Below are positions 12,901 through 40,420 of a DNA stretch of 64,000 nt, in pieces. Each line of letters starts with the position of its first letter. The stretch's first letter is position 1. Source of the stretch: Macrostomum lignano (lineage: Eukaryota); contig NIVC01002955.1 in NCBI GenBank assembly GCA_002269645.1, forward strand, positions 62,001-126,000, read 5' to 3'. The position numbers and the translations under genes were made by a program. The notes beneath the pieces are model-generated. The model saw only the letters and a program-made list of their open reading frames with translations. It was not told the origin of the DNA and did not search any database.

Positions 12901-15900
12901 CCACAACCCGTTAGATTTCCAAAAATCTGTTAGATTTCCTCAAATCTGTTAGATTTCCTCAAATCTGTTAGATTTCCCCAAATCTGTTAGATTTCCTCAA
13001 ATCTGTTAGATTTCCCAAAATCTGTTAGATTTCCTCAAATCTGTTAGATTTCCCCAAATCTGTTAGATCTCCCCCCCTCAAATCTGTTAGATTTCCAAAA
13101 ATCTGTTAGATTTCCCAAAATCTGTTAGATTTCCCAAAGTCTGTTAGATTTCCCAAAATCTGTTAGATTTCCCAAAATCTGTTAGATTTCCCAAAATCTG
13201 TTAGATTTCCCAAAATCTGTTAGATTTCCCCAAATTTGTTAGATTTCCCAAATCTGTTAATTTTTCCCCAAATCTGTTAGATTTCCCAAAATCGTTCGAT
13301 TTCCCAAAATCTGTTAAATTTCCCCAAATCTGTTAAATTTCCCAAAATCTGTTAGATTTCCCAAAATCTGTTAGATTTCCCAAAATCTGTTAGATTTCCC
13401 AAAATCTGTTAGATTTCCCAAAATCTGTTAGATTTCCCAAAATTTGTTAGATTTCCCAAAATCTGTTAAATTTCCCAAAATCTGTGAGATTTCCCCAAAT
13501 CTGTTAGATTTCCCAAATCTGTTAGATTTCCCAAAATCTGTTAGATTTCCCCAAATCTGTTAGATTTCCCAAAATCTGTTAGATTTCCCAAAATCTGGTA
13601 GATTTCCTCAAATCTGTTAGATTTTCCCAAAATCTGTTAGATTTCCCAAAATCTGTTAGATTTCCCAAAATCTGTTAGATTTCCCAAAATCTGGTAGATT
13701 TCCTCAAATCTGTTAGATTTTCCCAAAATCTGTTAGATTTCCCAAAATCTGTTAGATTTCCCAAAATCTGGTAGATTTCCTCAAATCTGTTAGATTTTCC
13801 CAAAATCTGTTAGATTTCCCAAAATCTGTTAGATTTTCCAAAATCTGGTAGATTTCCTCAAATCTGTTAGATTTTCCCAAAATCTGTTAGATTTTCCCAA
13901 AATCTGTTAGATTTCCCAAAATCTGGTAGATTTCCTCAAATCTGTTAGATTTTCCCAAAATCTGTTAGATTTCTAAATTCTGTTAGATTTCCCAAATCAC
14001 TGGGTATTCATGTAGCATACATAAAAAAGTACATATTTCTGGCTATGTTTCAGAGTTTCATTTTATAATCTAACCACATATAGACGTGGTTAGAGGTCAA
14101 TTTATCTTTTTCTGCGTGGTAATGTATGGAATAATTTCTTATCATTCTTCAACCGACGAATACTGTACGTACCAAACCCTGCTTGCACTGGACTTTGTCA
14201 CCGGGTTAGAAAGTGACCAGATTTTTTGTTAGCTGCAGCAGTCTTCAATTTGATATGCTACGCGTACGCGGACAAAATTTCATTAGTATTACTATTAGTA
14301 GAAAAACACGATTATAAGCTTGGTATAAAATATCGCATCAAGAATCAAGATTGCTTGTTTCTTAGAATGTCGACTCATTATAACAAATGAAAGTTGGCAT
14401 TTTTTATTTAAATTTCAGGCGAGCCGAAATATAATCCGCCATCGTACAACGAGTTGAAAAGTTTGCTATCTCGCTCGGTGGACAACTCGGAGGCGGCCAT
14501 TGGGCCGAACTATTCGTTGTTAAGTTTGCGACGCCTACGACTGCTAGATTTGAGCAACTGCTCCAAGGTTACCGGAATCGGACTCGATGAGGTGAGAATT
14601 TTTGCAAAAGAGAGATTGATTTTTTGCTGCAAATTCTTGTTGCTGGGATTCTATAGTTTTCTGTCTTATTTTTCGGGATTCATGAGATTTGGGATTCGTG
14701 AAATTCGTGATTCGTGATTTATGGGATATTTGGAATTCGTGGGATTCATGAGATTTGGGATTTTTGGGATTTAGGATTCATGAGATTCGGGATTCGTGGG
14801 ATTCGGGATTCGTGAGATTTGGGATTCGTGGGAGTTGGGATTCGTGGGAGTTGGGATTTGGAATTCGTGAGATTTGGGATTCGTGGGAGTTGGGATTCGT
14901 GGGAGTTGGGATTTGGGATTCGTGGGAGTTGGGATTTGGAATTCGTGAGATTTGGGATTCGTGGGAGTTGGGATTCGTGGGAGTTGGGATTTGGGATTCG
15001 TGGGAGTTGGGATTTGGAATTCGTGAGATTTGGGATTCGTGGGAGTTGGGATTCGGAATTTGTGATTCGTGGGATTCGTGATTCATTGGATTCGGGATTC
15101 GTGGGATTTGGAATTCGGCATTTGTGGGATTTGGGATCCATGTGATTCGGCATTTGTGGGATTTGGGATGCATGAGATTCGGGATTCATGAGATTCTGGA
15201 TCTATGGGATTCGGGATTTATGGTATTAGTGCTTCCAGCAACAAAGGCAATTAAAACACGAACTTGGCACAGAAACGAAGCAGGCCTCCGTCAATAAAAA
15301 AGTGTTTCGAACTTCAATCTACGAGTATATTTGGCTTAAAGCAAACTTAACACGAAAAAAAAAAAAATTCACTGCGAGAAGGCAAAGTGAGCCGCCAGTA
15401 GAGCGCGACGGGGGTTTAAAAACACCCCTGCCACCCAGGGGGGGGGCAGGCGGCGATGTACAATCAACGCGCTGGGCACTAAAGCCGGTTTGTGCACTTT
15501 CGCCGCACAAACCAGTCCATTAGTGCTTCCAGCAACAAAGGCAATTAAAACACGAACTTGGCACAGAAACGAAGCAGGCCTCCAAAGCCAAACACAACGG
15601 GGGATAAGAGCAGCAGCTAGGCATTGAGCAAAAAACAAACCAGCGGGAAGACCACCGTCAAAAACGAGCACTAAGGGCGGAAGAAAAATGCAGAGAGGCC
15701 GCCGCAGTGGCAACACCCGAGCGGGGCAAGTAGCGCTCCACCGCCGAACTCTTCCAGTCGCCGATCCGCTGGATCTCCGCCACCGGCAGGCCCATGCGAG
15801 CTGCCCAGGTGGCTCCACCTCGACGCAGGCTGTGAGCCGAGTAGAGCTTGCCGCCACACCCAGCCCTCTGCAGCTTAGAGTCAAGAAACCGGTCCAAGTC

Positions 15901-17998
15901 CCGAGCAGCTAGATGGCGCCGCTGTCCATTGCGATCGATGAAGGACCAGAGTGGCGCCTCGGCCATCGCCAGCTTGTTGACACACAGATGTCGGCGAATC
16001 GCCACTACCGGGCAGAGCGCGGGGCAGGCGGGGAACTTCGGAAGCAGGACGTGGTGGACTCGATCACGGAACTGAATAGTCTTGCCAAAGTCCACGCTTA
16101 AGAGGAGGCCGCAACGGTGAGGTGTCAGATTCTGCACCTTCATCCCACTACCCAACTGAGGCGACGATAGAAGGAGTGATGATTTTCGCAGCATCCCCCA
16201 CCAGGCAGTGATGGTGACCGCCCAGCAGGCCAGTTGCCGATTGTCGCCCTTGTCAACCAGAGACCAAAGCTTTTGCAGCACCGACGGAGACATTGGTAGC
16301 TTCTGGTTGACCTGAAGCCCCAGCGCTCGCTTGCAGCCCCGCAGCAGATGCTGGGTGAGGGTGTGCTTCGTCAGGTCCTGAGCGCCGTTCAGCCGAAACC
16401 ACAGTGAAAGCGAGCTGACGTGACCGCGAACGCTACTGTAGGCTCGCAGGCGCGTGCCCGTGAGGCCAGCCAGGTAGTTTAGCAGCGTGGACACAGTACA
16501 CCCGGCGGGGTCGAGTCCCTTGGCTGAGCAGTACGCGCGCCAGGACCGCACGTGTGAGCTGATGGCGCTTTTCGAGCGGGCCGCGTAGGAGGAACCGAGT
16601 AGTTCACGGGCTCGGTGGCTGAGGTGGTCTGGCGCAGTCTGGCGACCTGAAAACGGAGAAAAGCGGATGTGGCAGCAGAAAGCGTGTGCCGGGAAAGCGA
16701 GCAATTGGTGAGACGCATCAATGAGCCATAAAAGCGCAGCAAAAAATTCAACAACTGACTGCCCTCGTGCAGCCGAGACGCGGCGTCAGCAAAAATTTGA
16801 AACGGCCCTGGCACATGGTAAGCACGCAGCCGAATGTTCTGACGAATGCAAAGCAGCGCCACCGTCTGCAACAGCCTCAACACCAGAGGGCACTTGGAGA
16901 CCCCATTGTTGATAATACAGCACGCTGCCATATTATCGCAGTAGATGCACAGCCGACAGTTGTGCAGGCGGTCCCGCCACGACAGCAACGCCATCAGAGG
17001 CATCACAGCCTCCTTGTAATTGATAGGCAGATCCCGAAAAACAGCATCCGCGTCGAGATCCCAATTAACGTAGCGCCAGTCACTCACGCCCCCCGGCAAC
17101 CGCAGCACGGCAGCGCCGCCCACCAGGCAGGCGTCCGACTCGATCGCGGCATCGAAGTCGCCATTGAACCAGAGTGTCTTCCACCTTTGAGCTAGCGAGC
17201 TCGCAGGTGAAAAAAATTCACTGCGAGAAGGCAAAGTGAGCCGCCAGTAGAGCGCGACGGGGGTTTAAAAACACCCCTGCCACCCAAGGGGGGGGGGCAG
17301 GCGGCGATGTACAATCAACGCGCTGGGCACTAAAGCCGGTTTGTGCACTTTCGCCGCACAAACCAGTCCATTCAGGATTTATGTGATTTGGGATTAATTG
17401 GAGTCGGGATTCATGAGATTCGTGGGATTCGGGACTTTTGGGATCTATGAAATTTGGGATTCATGAGATTCGAGGTTCATTAAGTTGTGAATTAATGAAA
17501 TTGCTTTAGTTTATCCTGATATTTAGATTTAGTTTTATCTTACAGAATTAGGTCTCAAATTTTTAAAATCCAACAAAACAAAAATCTATTTTTCTCCCTC
17601 TCCCGCAGATATTCCCTTCCAGCCAGTTCCCCTTCCCGGATCTGGAGGAGTTGCACCTGCAAGGCAATCGTCACGTTCAAGATTCGCATCTGTTTAATTT
17701 AGCCTCGGGAGCTCCCAGCCTCCGCCAGCTTCATCTATCTGGTTCAGTGGGGGTATCGGACAAAGGCCTGGTTGCCATTGTCAGCCGGTGTCACCGGCTG
17801 AGAAGTCTCGGCTTAGCTAATTGCGATGGCATCACGGATGCTGGCCTGCAGCACCTGGCTGCCGACTCTCTGCACTACGTGGATCTGTCATTTTGCTCCA
17901 GGGTCAGCCAGGCTGGACTCGACCAGTTGGCCAGGCGAGCTCCAAGGATTGCCGAAATGCGCGGTCTCTGGACTGGAACCGAGCTGACAGGGAATTAG
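10000..17998 (+). CDS. F-box/leucine-rich-repeat protein (FBXL family), 640 aa; exons 10000-10029, 10290-10413, 11006-11541, 12074-12743, 14419-14591, 17609-17998
   Basis: Spliced F-box LPEE|VVDHILGFLGLPDRKSASLVCRNW. Multiple cysteine-containing LRRs (LDLSCTDVTD, LDASSCAGFTDVGL, LDLSNCSKVTGIGL, LGLANCDGITDAGL). All introns are GT-AG and the exons total 1923 nt, in frame to the stop. Confidence 0.9.
10731..10900 (+). mobile_element. degenerate copy of the hAT-like dispersed repeat
   Basis: cagaaagttggcaaactc...cctctgaaacttcac..gcaatc followed by a pyrimidine tract, resembling 3432-3620. Confidence 0.4.
11652..12030. repeat. 42-bp minisatellite in FBXL intron 3
   Basis: Unit CAGGCTATAGATTATCACCGAGAGTCTATAGATGTTCAGCTT, about 9 copies. 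Confidence 0.92.
12762..13997. repeat. 19-bp minisatellite in FBXL intron 4
   Basis: Unit TCTGTTAGATTTCCCAAAA with variants, more than 60 copies. Confidence 0.95.
14680..15224. repeat. degenerate GGGATTCGT/GGGAGTT satellite in FBXL intron 5 (continues at 17373-17480)
   Basis: Short G-rich units with higher-order repetition; the same motif resumes after the tyrosine-recombinase element. Confidence 0.85.
15658..16704 (-). CDS. DIRS/Ngaro-type tyrosine recombinase
   Basis: N-terminal SAM-like domain (SYAARSKSAISSHVRSWRAYC) and catalytic residues R (MLRKS), K (GKT), HSLRRG, GDWKS, ERY. No ATG at the 5' end of the ORF. Confidence 0.9.
   Translation of the reverse strand: MLAFPAHAFCCHIRFSPFSGRQTAPDHLSHRARELLGSSYAARSKSAISSHVRSWRAYCSAKGLDPAGCTVSTLLNYLAGLTGTRLRAYSSVRGHVSSLSLWFRLNGAQDLTKHTLTQHLLRGCKRALGLQVNQKLPMSPSVLQKLWSLVDKGDNRQLACWAVTITAWWGMLRKSSLLLSSPQLGSGMKVQNLTPHRCGLLLSVDFGKTIQFRDRVHHVLLPKFPACPALCPVVAIRRHLCVNKLAMAEAPLWSFIDRNGQRRHLAARDLDRFLDSKLQRAGCGGKLYSAHSLRRGGATWAARMGLPVAEIQRIGDWKSSAVERYLPRSGVATAAASLHFSSALSARF
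16479..17234 (-). CDS. DIRS/Ngaro-type RNase H domain (remnant of the RT-RH ORF)
   Basis: ESDAC, INYKEA, YCDN and HVPG..FADAASR give the D-E-D-D set. Homology ends near 16770; the rest overlaps the YR ORF. Confidence 0.85.
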   Translation of the reverse strand: MPSRSEFFSPASSLAQRWKTLWFNGDFDAAIESDACLVGGAAVLRLPGGVSDWRYVNWDLDADAVFRDLPINYKEAVMPLMALLSWRDRLHNCRLCIYCDNMAACCIINNGVSKCPLVLRLLQTVALLCIRQNIRLRAYHVPGPFQIFADAASRLHEGSQLLNFLLRFYGSLMRLTNCSLSRHTLSAATSAFLRFQVARLRQTTSATEPVNYSVPPTRPARKAPSAHTCGPGARTAQPRDSTPPGVLCPRC

Positions 17999-18989
17999 CT
18001 TATAGCTATATGTACTGTTATATGACAAGCTCCCTGGATACTTGGTGTAATTTGGAACTTTTGGCCTAAATTGGAAGCAGATCATGAAAAGTCGAAACTA
18101 AACAAGCTTTTCATCTAAACAATACTGAAAATTTCCAATCAATAGAAACGTTTTAAATTAAAACAAAATTATATCGAGCAAATTTTCTATTTTTTTTCAA
18201 TTTGCGAACTTTTAAAATGCAAATCATTTGGAAGTCCAATTTTATTTTTTCAATACAAAAAATACCGTATTTAGGGAAGACATAGACGTTATTATTTTAT
18301 TTGATTCGAGACTCCAGCACTTCAGAGTTTTTACACAAAACTATCGATTTTTAATCTCTATTATTCCGATTTTTAATCTCTATTATTCCAAATGCCTAAT
18401 TGTTTTTATTGGAATTCTAAGAAATCGAATAGCTAAGTAATTAAGAGTAGTAACAATATATTAAATACCAGGGTATTATTGCTCGTAATGTTGAAATTAT
18501 AATACGTATCTAGAGTATATGCTTGCATGTTTTAAAGCTCTGCTCCATACTGCTTGAGTACGATATATCATTGTGCCTTTCATCTCACTTAAACTGCATA
18601 ATTTGTTTAAATTGTTTGGCTTCTTTACTATCAACAAAAGTAATTTTACAAGCGCGTACTCTAACTTTGTTTATTCAGACTGCGACAGAAAGGAATTGAG
18701 CTCCATGTCTATTTTTTTATCCGGCTTTTAGTGATGAAAGTTCGATATTCATTCTTATATTATTACATTTCGCACGTGTAAGGATTACGGTGTATTTTGT
18801 CTGCCCAGATGTAAATCTTTTGCGTGTTTTATGATTTTTATACATTCTTACTTAAAAGATTGAAAGAATTAGATTAACGATAAATTACGCTGGTATATTC
18901 AAAAAAAAATATATATAAGATATAAGTTTTTTCTTCCTTTTGTGTAATAATTAAGTTTCAGATTTTCTTATCATGCTTACTGTTACTGT

Positions 18990-19560
18990 AGAGAAGGGGA
19001 GAGGAGGGGAGAGGAGAGGAGAGGAGAAGAGAGGAGAGAAGAGGAGAGAAGAAGAGAGGAGAGGAGAGAAGAGGATAGGAGAGAAGAGGAGAGAAAAAGA
19101 GAGGAGAGAAGAGGAGAGGAGAAGAGACAAGAGGAGAAAAGAGGAGAGGAGAAGAGACAAGAGGAGAAGAGAGGAGAGAAGAGAAGAGGAGAGAAGAGGA
19201 GAAGAGAAAGAGAGGAGAGGAGAGGAGAAGAGACAAGAGGACAAGAGAAAGAGACGAGAGGAGAGGAGAGAAGAGGAGAGGAGAAGAGACAAGAGGAGAA
19301 AAGAGGAGAGAAGAGAAGAGGAGAGGAGAGAAGAGGAGAGGAGAGAAGAGAAGAGGAGAGAAGAGAAGAGGAGAAAAGAGGAGAGGAGAGAAGAGGAGAA
19401 GAGAAAGAGAGGAGAGAAGAGGAGAGGAGAAGAGACAAGAGGAGAAGAGAGGAGAGAAGAGGAGAAGAGAAAGAGAGGAGAGGAGAGGAGAGGAGAGAAG
19501 AGGAGAGAAGAGAAGAGGAGAGAATAGGAGAGGAGAAAAGAGAAAACAGAGGAGAGAGAA
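18990..19560. repeat. polypurine (GAGGA/GAGAA) low-complexity tract
   Basis: Almost pure A/G for about 570 bp. Confidence 0.95.
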
Positions 19561-19669
19561 AGTGCTAAGAAGAGATAAACCCTGAGCGGGCCGGATTGCT
19601 ACTTTTAAGTTTCAAAGGAAACGGAGGCCGGATAGAAAGGCTTCGTTAACCGGAGTTTGCCAACCCCTG
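19561..19669 (-). mobile_element. hAT-like terminus copy (CAGGGGTTGGCAAAC on the minus strand) adjoining the polypurine tract
   Basis: Reverse complement aligns with 3432-3530. Confidence 0.5.
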
Positions 19670-20160
19670 TTTTATGTGCATGTACTGTCAGCTGTCTCTC
19701 TTGGTAAGTGTAAGTTTTACATGTGAACACGATGATTTACCAAATGTGAAACCTTTTAGATTCGAGCTTTCAAAATTTCTATAGTCTATGAAAGAGACTG
19801 CAGGACTTTTCGACAAATTTTTATGAACCGCTGGCTAATCAATTAATAACAATTTCGATGCAATGTTTTTCTGATGATAGACGTTTTGGTTCTGTAAATT
19901 TAATTTATTACCATAATTAGCGTGATGAAGCCGCATTATAATCTATCAATAATTCATGTGTCCATTAAGATTTATTGAATTTATGATAACGACTTGACGG
20001 AAAAAATCGCACCAATTTAAAATTTCGATTTGGCCGCTTTTCGCACATTTCATCGAATTACGCAGAAATGAATTTTCTATAAAAACCAGAGAGCAGTGAG
20101 CCTGGTTTGATGTAAAATAGATTTTTTTGAAAAAAAATATCTTTCTTTCTAAGAAAGCAT

Positions 20161-22763
20161 ATGCGCACAATCACGCAACGCCGGAGATTTTCGGCCGCCT
20201 TCGCCAGTCTATTGATTGCTCAACTGCTAGCCGCCGGAATTCTATCCGTGTCTCTGGTGACGCCGCGGTGGATTGAAATTCGCGAGTCTCTGAGAGGCGC
20301 TGCACTGTCAAGCAGGCTCTCTACGTATGCCGGCTTGTGGCGTTTCTGCTTTACAGTGGAAATGAAAATTGACGACGCTTATATTCAGGGCGACGATTTG
20401 AAGTGCGAATCGGTGGACTACGGCACTATGAAACTGCAGCTTCATTACGAACAGTTTACAGAGCCTATTACTACTTTTTCTCTGATTGGTGAGTAGTAAA
20501 AAGTCAAAAGATATTAATAGATAGCGTTAACTTATGTATTTTATCTATTAAATTATCTTTTGGATGCATTAATATGTCATAATAGGTGTAATCAATTATT
20601 AAAGTAGTATAATCAACTGTGAAAATTATTATGCTACCTGTGTCAGTTAATTAATAACGTAGCTATTTCATATGCTAAATATCAGTAAATACATGTGTGG
20701 TAACTATGTCAGTTAGTGGTATCTGTATCAGTTACTGTGGTATCTGTATCAGTTACTGTGGTATCTGTGTCAACTACTGTGGTATCTGTGTCAACTACTG
20801 TGGTATCTGTGTCAACTACTGTGGTATCTGTGTCAACTACTGTGGTATCTGTGTTAACTACTGTGGTATCTGTGTCGGTTACTGTAGTATCTGTGTTAAC
20901 TACTGTGGTATCTGTGTCGGTTACTGTAGTATCTGTGTCAACTACTGTGGTATCTGTGTCAACTACTGTGGTATCTGTGTCGGTTACTGTAGTATCTGTG
21001 TCAACTACTGTGGTATCTGTGTCAGATACTGTGGTATCTGTGTCAGTTACTGTGGTATCTGTGTCAGCTACTGTGGTATCTGTGTCAACTACTGTGGTAT
21101 CTGTGTCAGATACTGTGGTATCTGTGTCAGTTACTGTGGTATCTGTGTCAGCTACTGTGGTATCTGTGTCAACTACTGTGGTATCTGTGTCAACTACTGT
21201 GGTATCTGTGTCAGATACTGTGGTATCTGTGTCAGTTACTGTGGTATCTGTGTCAGCTACTGTGGTATCTGTGTCAACTACTGTGGTATCTGTGTCAACT
21301 ACTGTGGTATCTGTGTCAGTTACTGTGGTATCTGTGTCAACTACTGTGGTATCTGTGTCAGTTACTGTCTTATCTGTGTCAGATAATGCCACAGAGCCAG
21401 GCGACACCCCATCAGACAATGCAGCAATGGTGCTCAGTCAGCCGCATTCGCCCCATCCGCACTCGCAGCGAACTACAAATCCGGCATGCCGTTCTACGCC
21501 GCAAGCGCTGCCTGCCTGGCTGCCGCAATCCTCCTGACCCCGCTGCTGGTGCTTCCTGGAGGCAGAAATCCTGCCACTACTTCGGCCGCCGTAGCCATTC
21601 ACTGTCACATTGCTAGCGGAATCTTCTTGGCTTTTTCTAGTAAGACGTACAGCGCAGGGCTTTCATTAAACTCGCCAAAATTGAAGAATCGTTAACAATG
21701 TCATCAAAATAGCCATTAAGTTACGCCTCTAAAAATAGTCTGCATATAAGCGAGAAATGAACGTGGCCAAAAATGGAATCGAAGCTCTGGCGCGAGATTT
21801 GCTGAGTTACTGCTCAAAATTGACAATATGCATGACATTACGCATTAGAATAAATTGGTCTTAATTGTAGTTTTCCTGCTAAAAAACTGTTGCAGCACTA
21901 GTAGTGTTTGCCTTAGAGGGGCCGTAGCCCAGCGGTCTAGCGCAGCTGCTCTGGTGTGCCAGCGACCCAGGCTCGATTCCAAATGCAGTCACATTAATTT
22001 GGGGCTGAATTGGAATCTCGGCTTGGCTCTGCTCGTGCAATTAACGGCCTTGAGAGCCAACCCCCCAAGGCGCAGTGAAGTGTACATGCCTAACGATAAT
22101 ATAAAGTTAGGGCCGCTGTACACTCCTGTGTGAGTGTGTGCCTGCGTACGTATCCGCGCGCATGTGTGCCTGCTCAGGGGAGTCTGCGGAATGGGCAGTA
22201 ATGCCTCTCGCCGGTTGTGTGCCTATGTCGCTTAAAGTGCGCCAGGGTGCACACAACCCCCCTGCCTCTAATAAAAAAAGTGTTTGCCTTTCTAAGAAGC
22301 AGATTATCGATCGAGCTTCATTCTAGACTACCCGAGTGTAGCTAACGTCCTACACTGATGCTCTTCTTCCGCAAAACTTGCAGGCGTATCGTTGGCGGCA
22401 GGCTGCCTGCACTTTGTCGGCGCCGTCGACTTTGAAGGTTTGAACGACGCCGAAACCGAGCTGACAAGACCGCCAGGCCACAGCGGACCCGGCCACCCCG
22501 ATGTCAGCTACCATTTCGGCCTCTCCTTCAAACTGGCAATCGTTGCATTCGCCGCGATAAACGCTGGAATGGCGGCCAGCACCTGCCTCTGGTCGGAGCG
22601 AAGACGCTCGGCTGCGAGGTTTTTCGACAATAAAAAGATCGATGAAGAAGAGAATGATTCTCAGGCGCGAGCAGGCGCAACCAACAGTCGAAGAGCTGCC
22701 GTGGCGGCTCCCGAAGCTGTCGAGTTGAGATCGTGTCCGCTGGCCAGCGAAGCGTGGGAATAA
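20161..22763 (+). CDS. claudin/PMP22/EMP-superfamily tetraspan membrane protein, 292 aa; exons 20161-20488, 21469-21639, 22384-22763
   Basis: W...GLWRFC...C first-loop signature, four hydrophobic segments and SYHFGLSF before TM4. Phase-1 GT-AG introns; exons total 879 nt, in frame. Confidence 0.85.
20706..21382. repeat. 21-bp minisatellite in intron 1 of the claudin-like gene
   Basis: Unit TGGTATCTGTGTCAACTACTG, about 32 copies. Confidence 0.95.
21915..22278 (+). mobile_element. tRNA-derived SINE, copy 1
   Basis: A box TAGCCCAGCGG, B box GGCTCGATTCC, A-rich tail AATAAAAAA, 12-bp TSD AGTGTTTGCCTT (21903-21914 and 22279-22290). Second copy at 59062-59421. Confidence 0.88.
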
Positions 22764-23388
22764 CGATGAGCAAACGATTTAAACAAATACCGACTTGAAA
22801 ATTTACGTGTAGGCAAATTATAAATAATTTCAAAAATGAATTAATTCATTAATTCCGTTTTTATTAAATGATTTGTTTCTAAATCGACTTTAAAAAGGTT
22901 AATAAGTTTAAATTCATGTGATATTTCCCATCGATGCATTCAAATAAATTATTTGGCAATAAAATCAAAATTATGTCAAAAAATTATTTTTCTGTTTAGA
23001 TACGACAAAGTTAAATAAAAGGATGGCTTGGAAAGTTTTTTATAGCAGTACTGTCTAATTTTCTTTCAAGAAATACTTTATTGTCTCAAACAACGGAAAC
23101 CTTTTTGCATAGTTTAAAAGGTAATTTTGTCATTTTTCCATTTGTTGTCCATTTGAATTTCGAATCACTTGTTCACTAATTTATAAGTATTGAATTATAT
23201 GCTTATTGTTGTATGTTGAGACTAGGTACGAGGTAGGTGGGCTAAACTTTGCAAAAACGATTCTGGTAAAAACTAGTTCAAGTTGGTTTTTTGACAATCA
23301 AGCTACGCTCATACTTTAGTCAACAGCTACTAAGAAAACCAGTTTGTCAGCAAATACGAAGGTGCAAATATACTCTTAGTCAAATCGG

Positions 23389-39980
<16,592 letters not shown>

Positions 39981-39990
39981 CTTAGGAGAG

Positions 39991-40420
39991 ACTTCAGGGG
40001 TGTGATCGCTTCAGGACAGGGGTGTGATCACTTCAGGACAGGGGTGTGATCGCTTCAGGACAGGGGTGTGATCACTTCAGGACAGGGGTGTGATCGCTTC
40101 AGGACAGGGGTGTGATCACTTCAGGACAGGGGTGTGATCGCTTCAGGACAGGGGTGTGATCACTTCAGGACAGGGGTGTGATCGCTTCAGGACAGGGGTG
40201 TGATCACATCAGGACAGGGGTGTGATCACTTCAGGACAGGGGTGTGATCGCTTCAGGACAGGGGTGTGATCACTTCAGGACAGGGGTGTGATCACTTCAG
40301 GACAGGGGTGTTATCACTTCAGGACAGGGGTGTGATCACTTCAGGACAGGGGTGTGATCGCTTCAGGACAGGGGTGTGATCGCTTCAGGACAGGGGTGTG
40401 ATCGCTTCAGGACAGGGGTG
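39991..40420. repeat. 22-bp minisatellite (CTTCAGGACAGGGGTGTGATCR)
   Basis: About 19 near-perfect copies between the dynein splice acceptor (39981-39982) and the Polinton left end. Confidence 0.95.

Larger units (their letters stand above)
15225..17372 (-). mobile_element. internally deleted tyrosine-recombinase retrotransposon (Ngaro/PAT-like) with split direct repeats A1-B1A2-B2
   Basis: A1 17210-17372 matches A2 15361-15521 except for 2 nt in a homopolymer stretch. B1 15519-15583 is identical to B2 15225-15289 (65 bp). Encodes RNase H and YR. Shares an ATT core at both ends and at the B1/A2 junction. Confidence 0.9.

Noticed and set aside
14746-15189. RIPN/GIRGSWD repeat ORFs
   Set aside because: Satellite translations in FBXL intron 5
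18951-19527. Glu/Arg-rich and Leu/Ser-rich ORFs
   Set aside because: Products of a polypurine low-complexity tract
20697-21537. Cys-rich (YCGICVN)n and mucin-like (DTDTTV)n ORFs
   Set aside because: Translations of a 21-bp intronic minisatellite; the claudin-like gene splices around it
21918-21995. Functional tRNA gene
   Set aside because: A and B boxes are present, but there is no clean cloverleaf, and it is the head of a TSD-flanked SINE found twice
39991-40420. CRISPR-like array
   Set aside because: Head-to-tail units with no unique spacers, no cas genes, eukaryotic context
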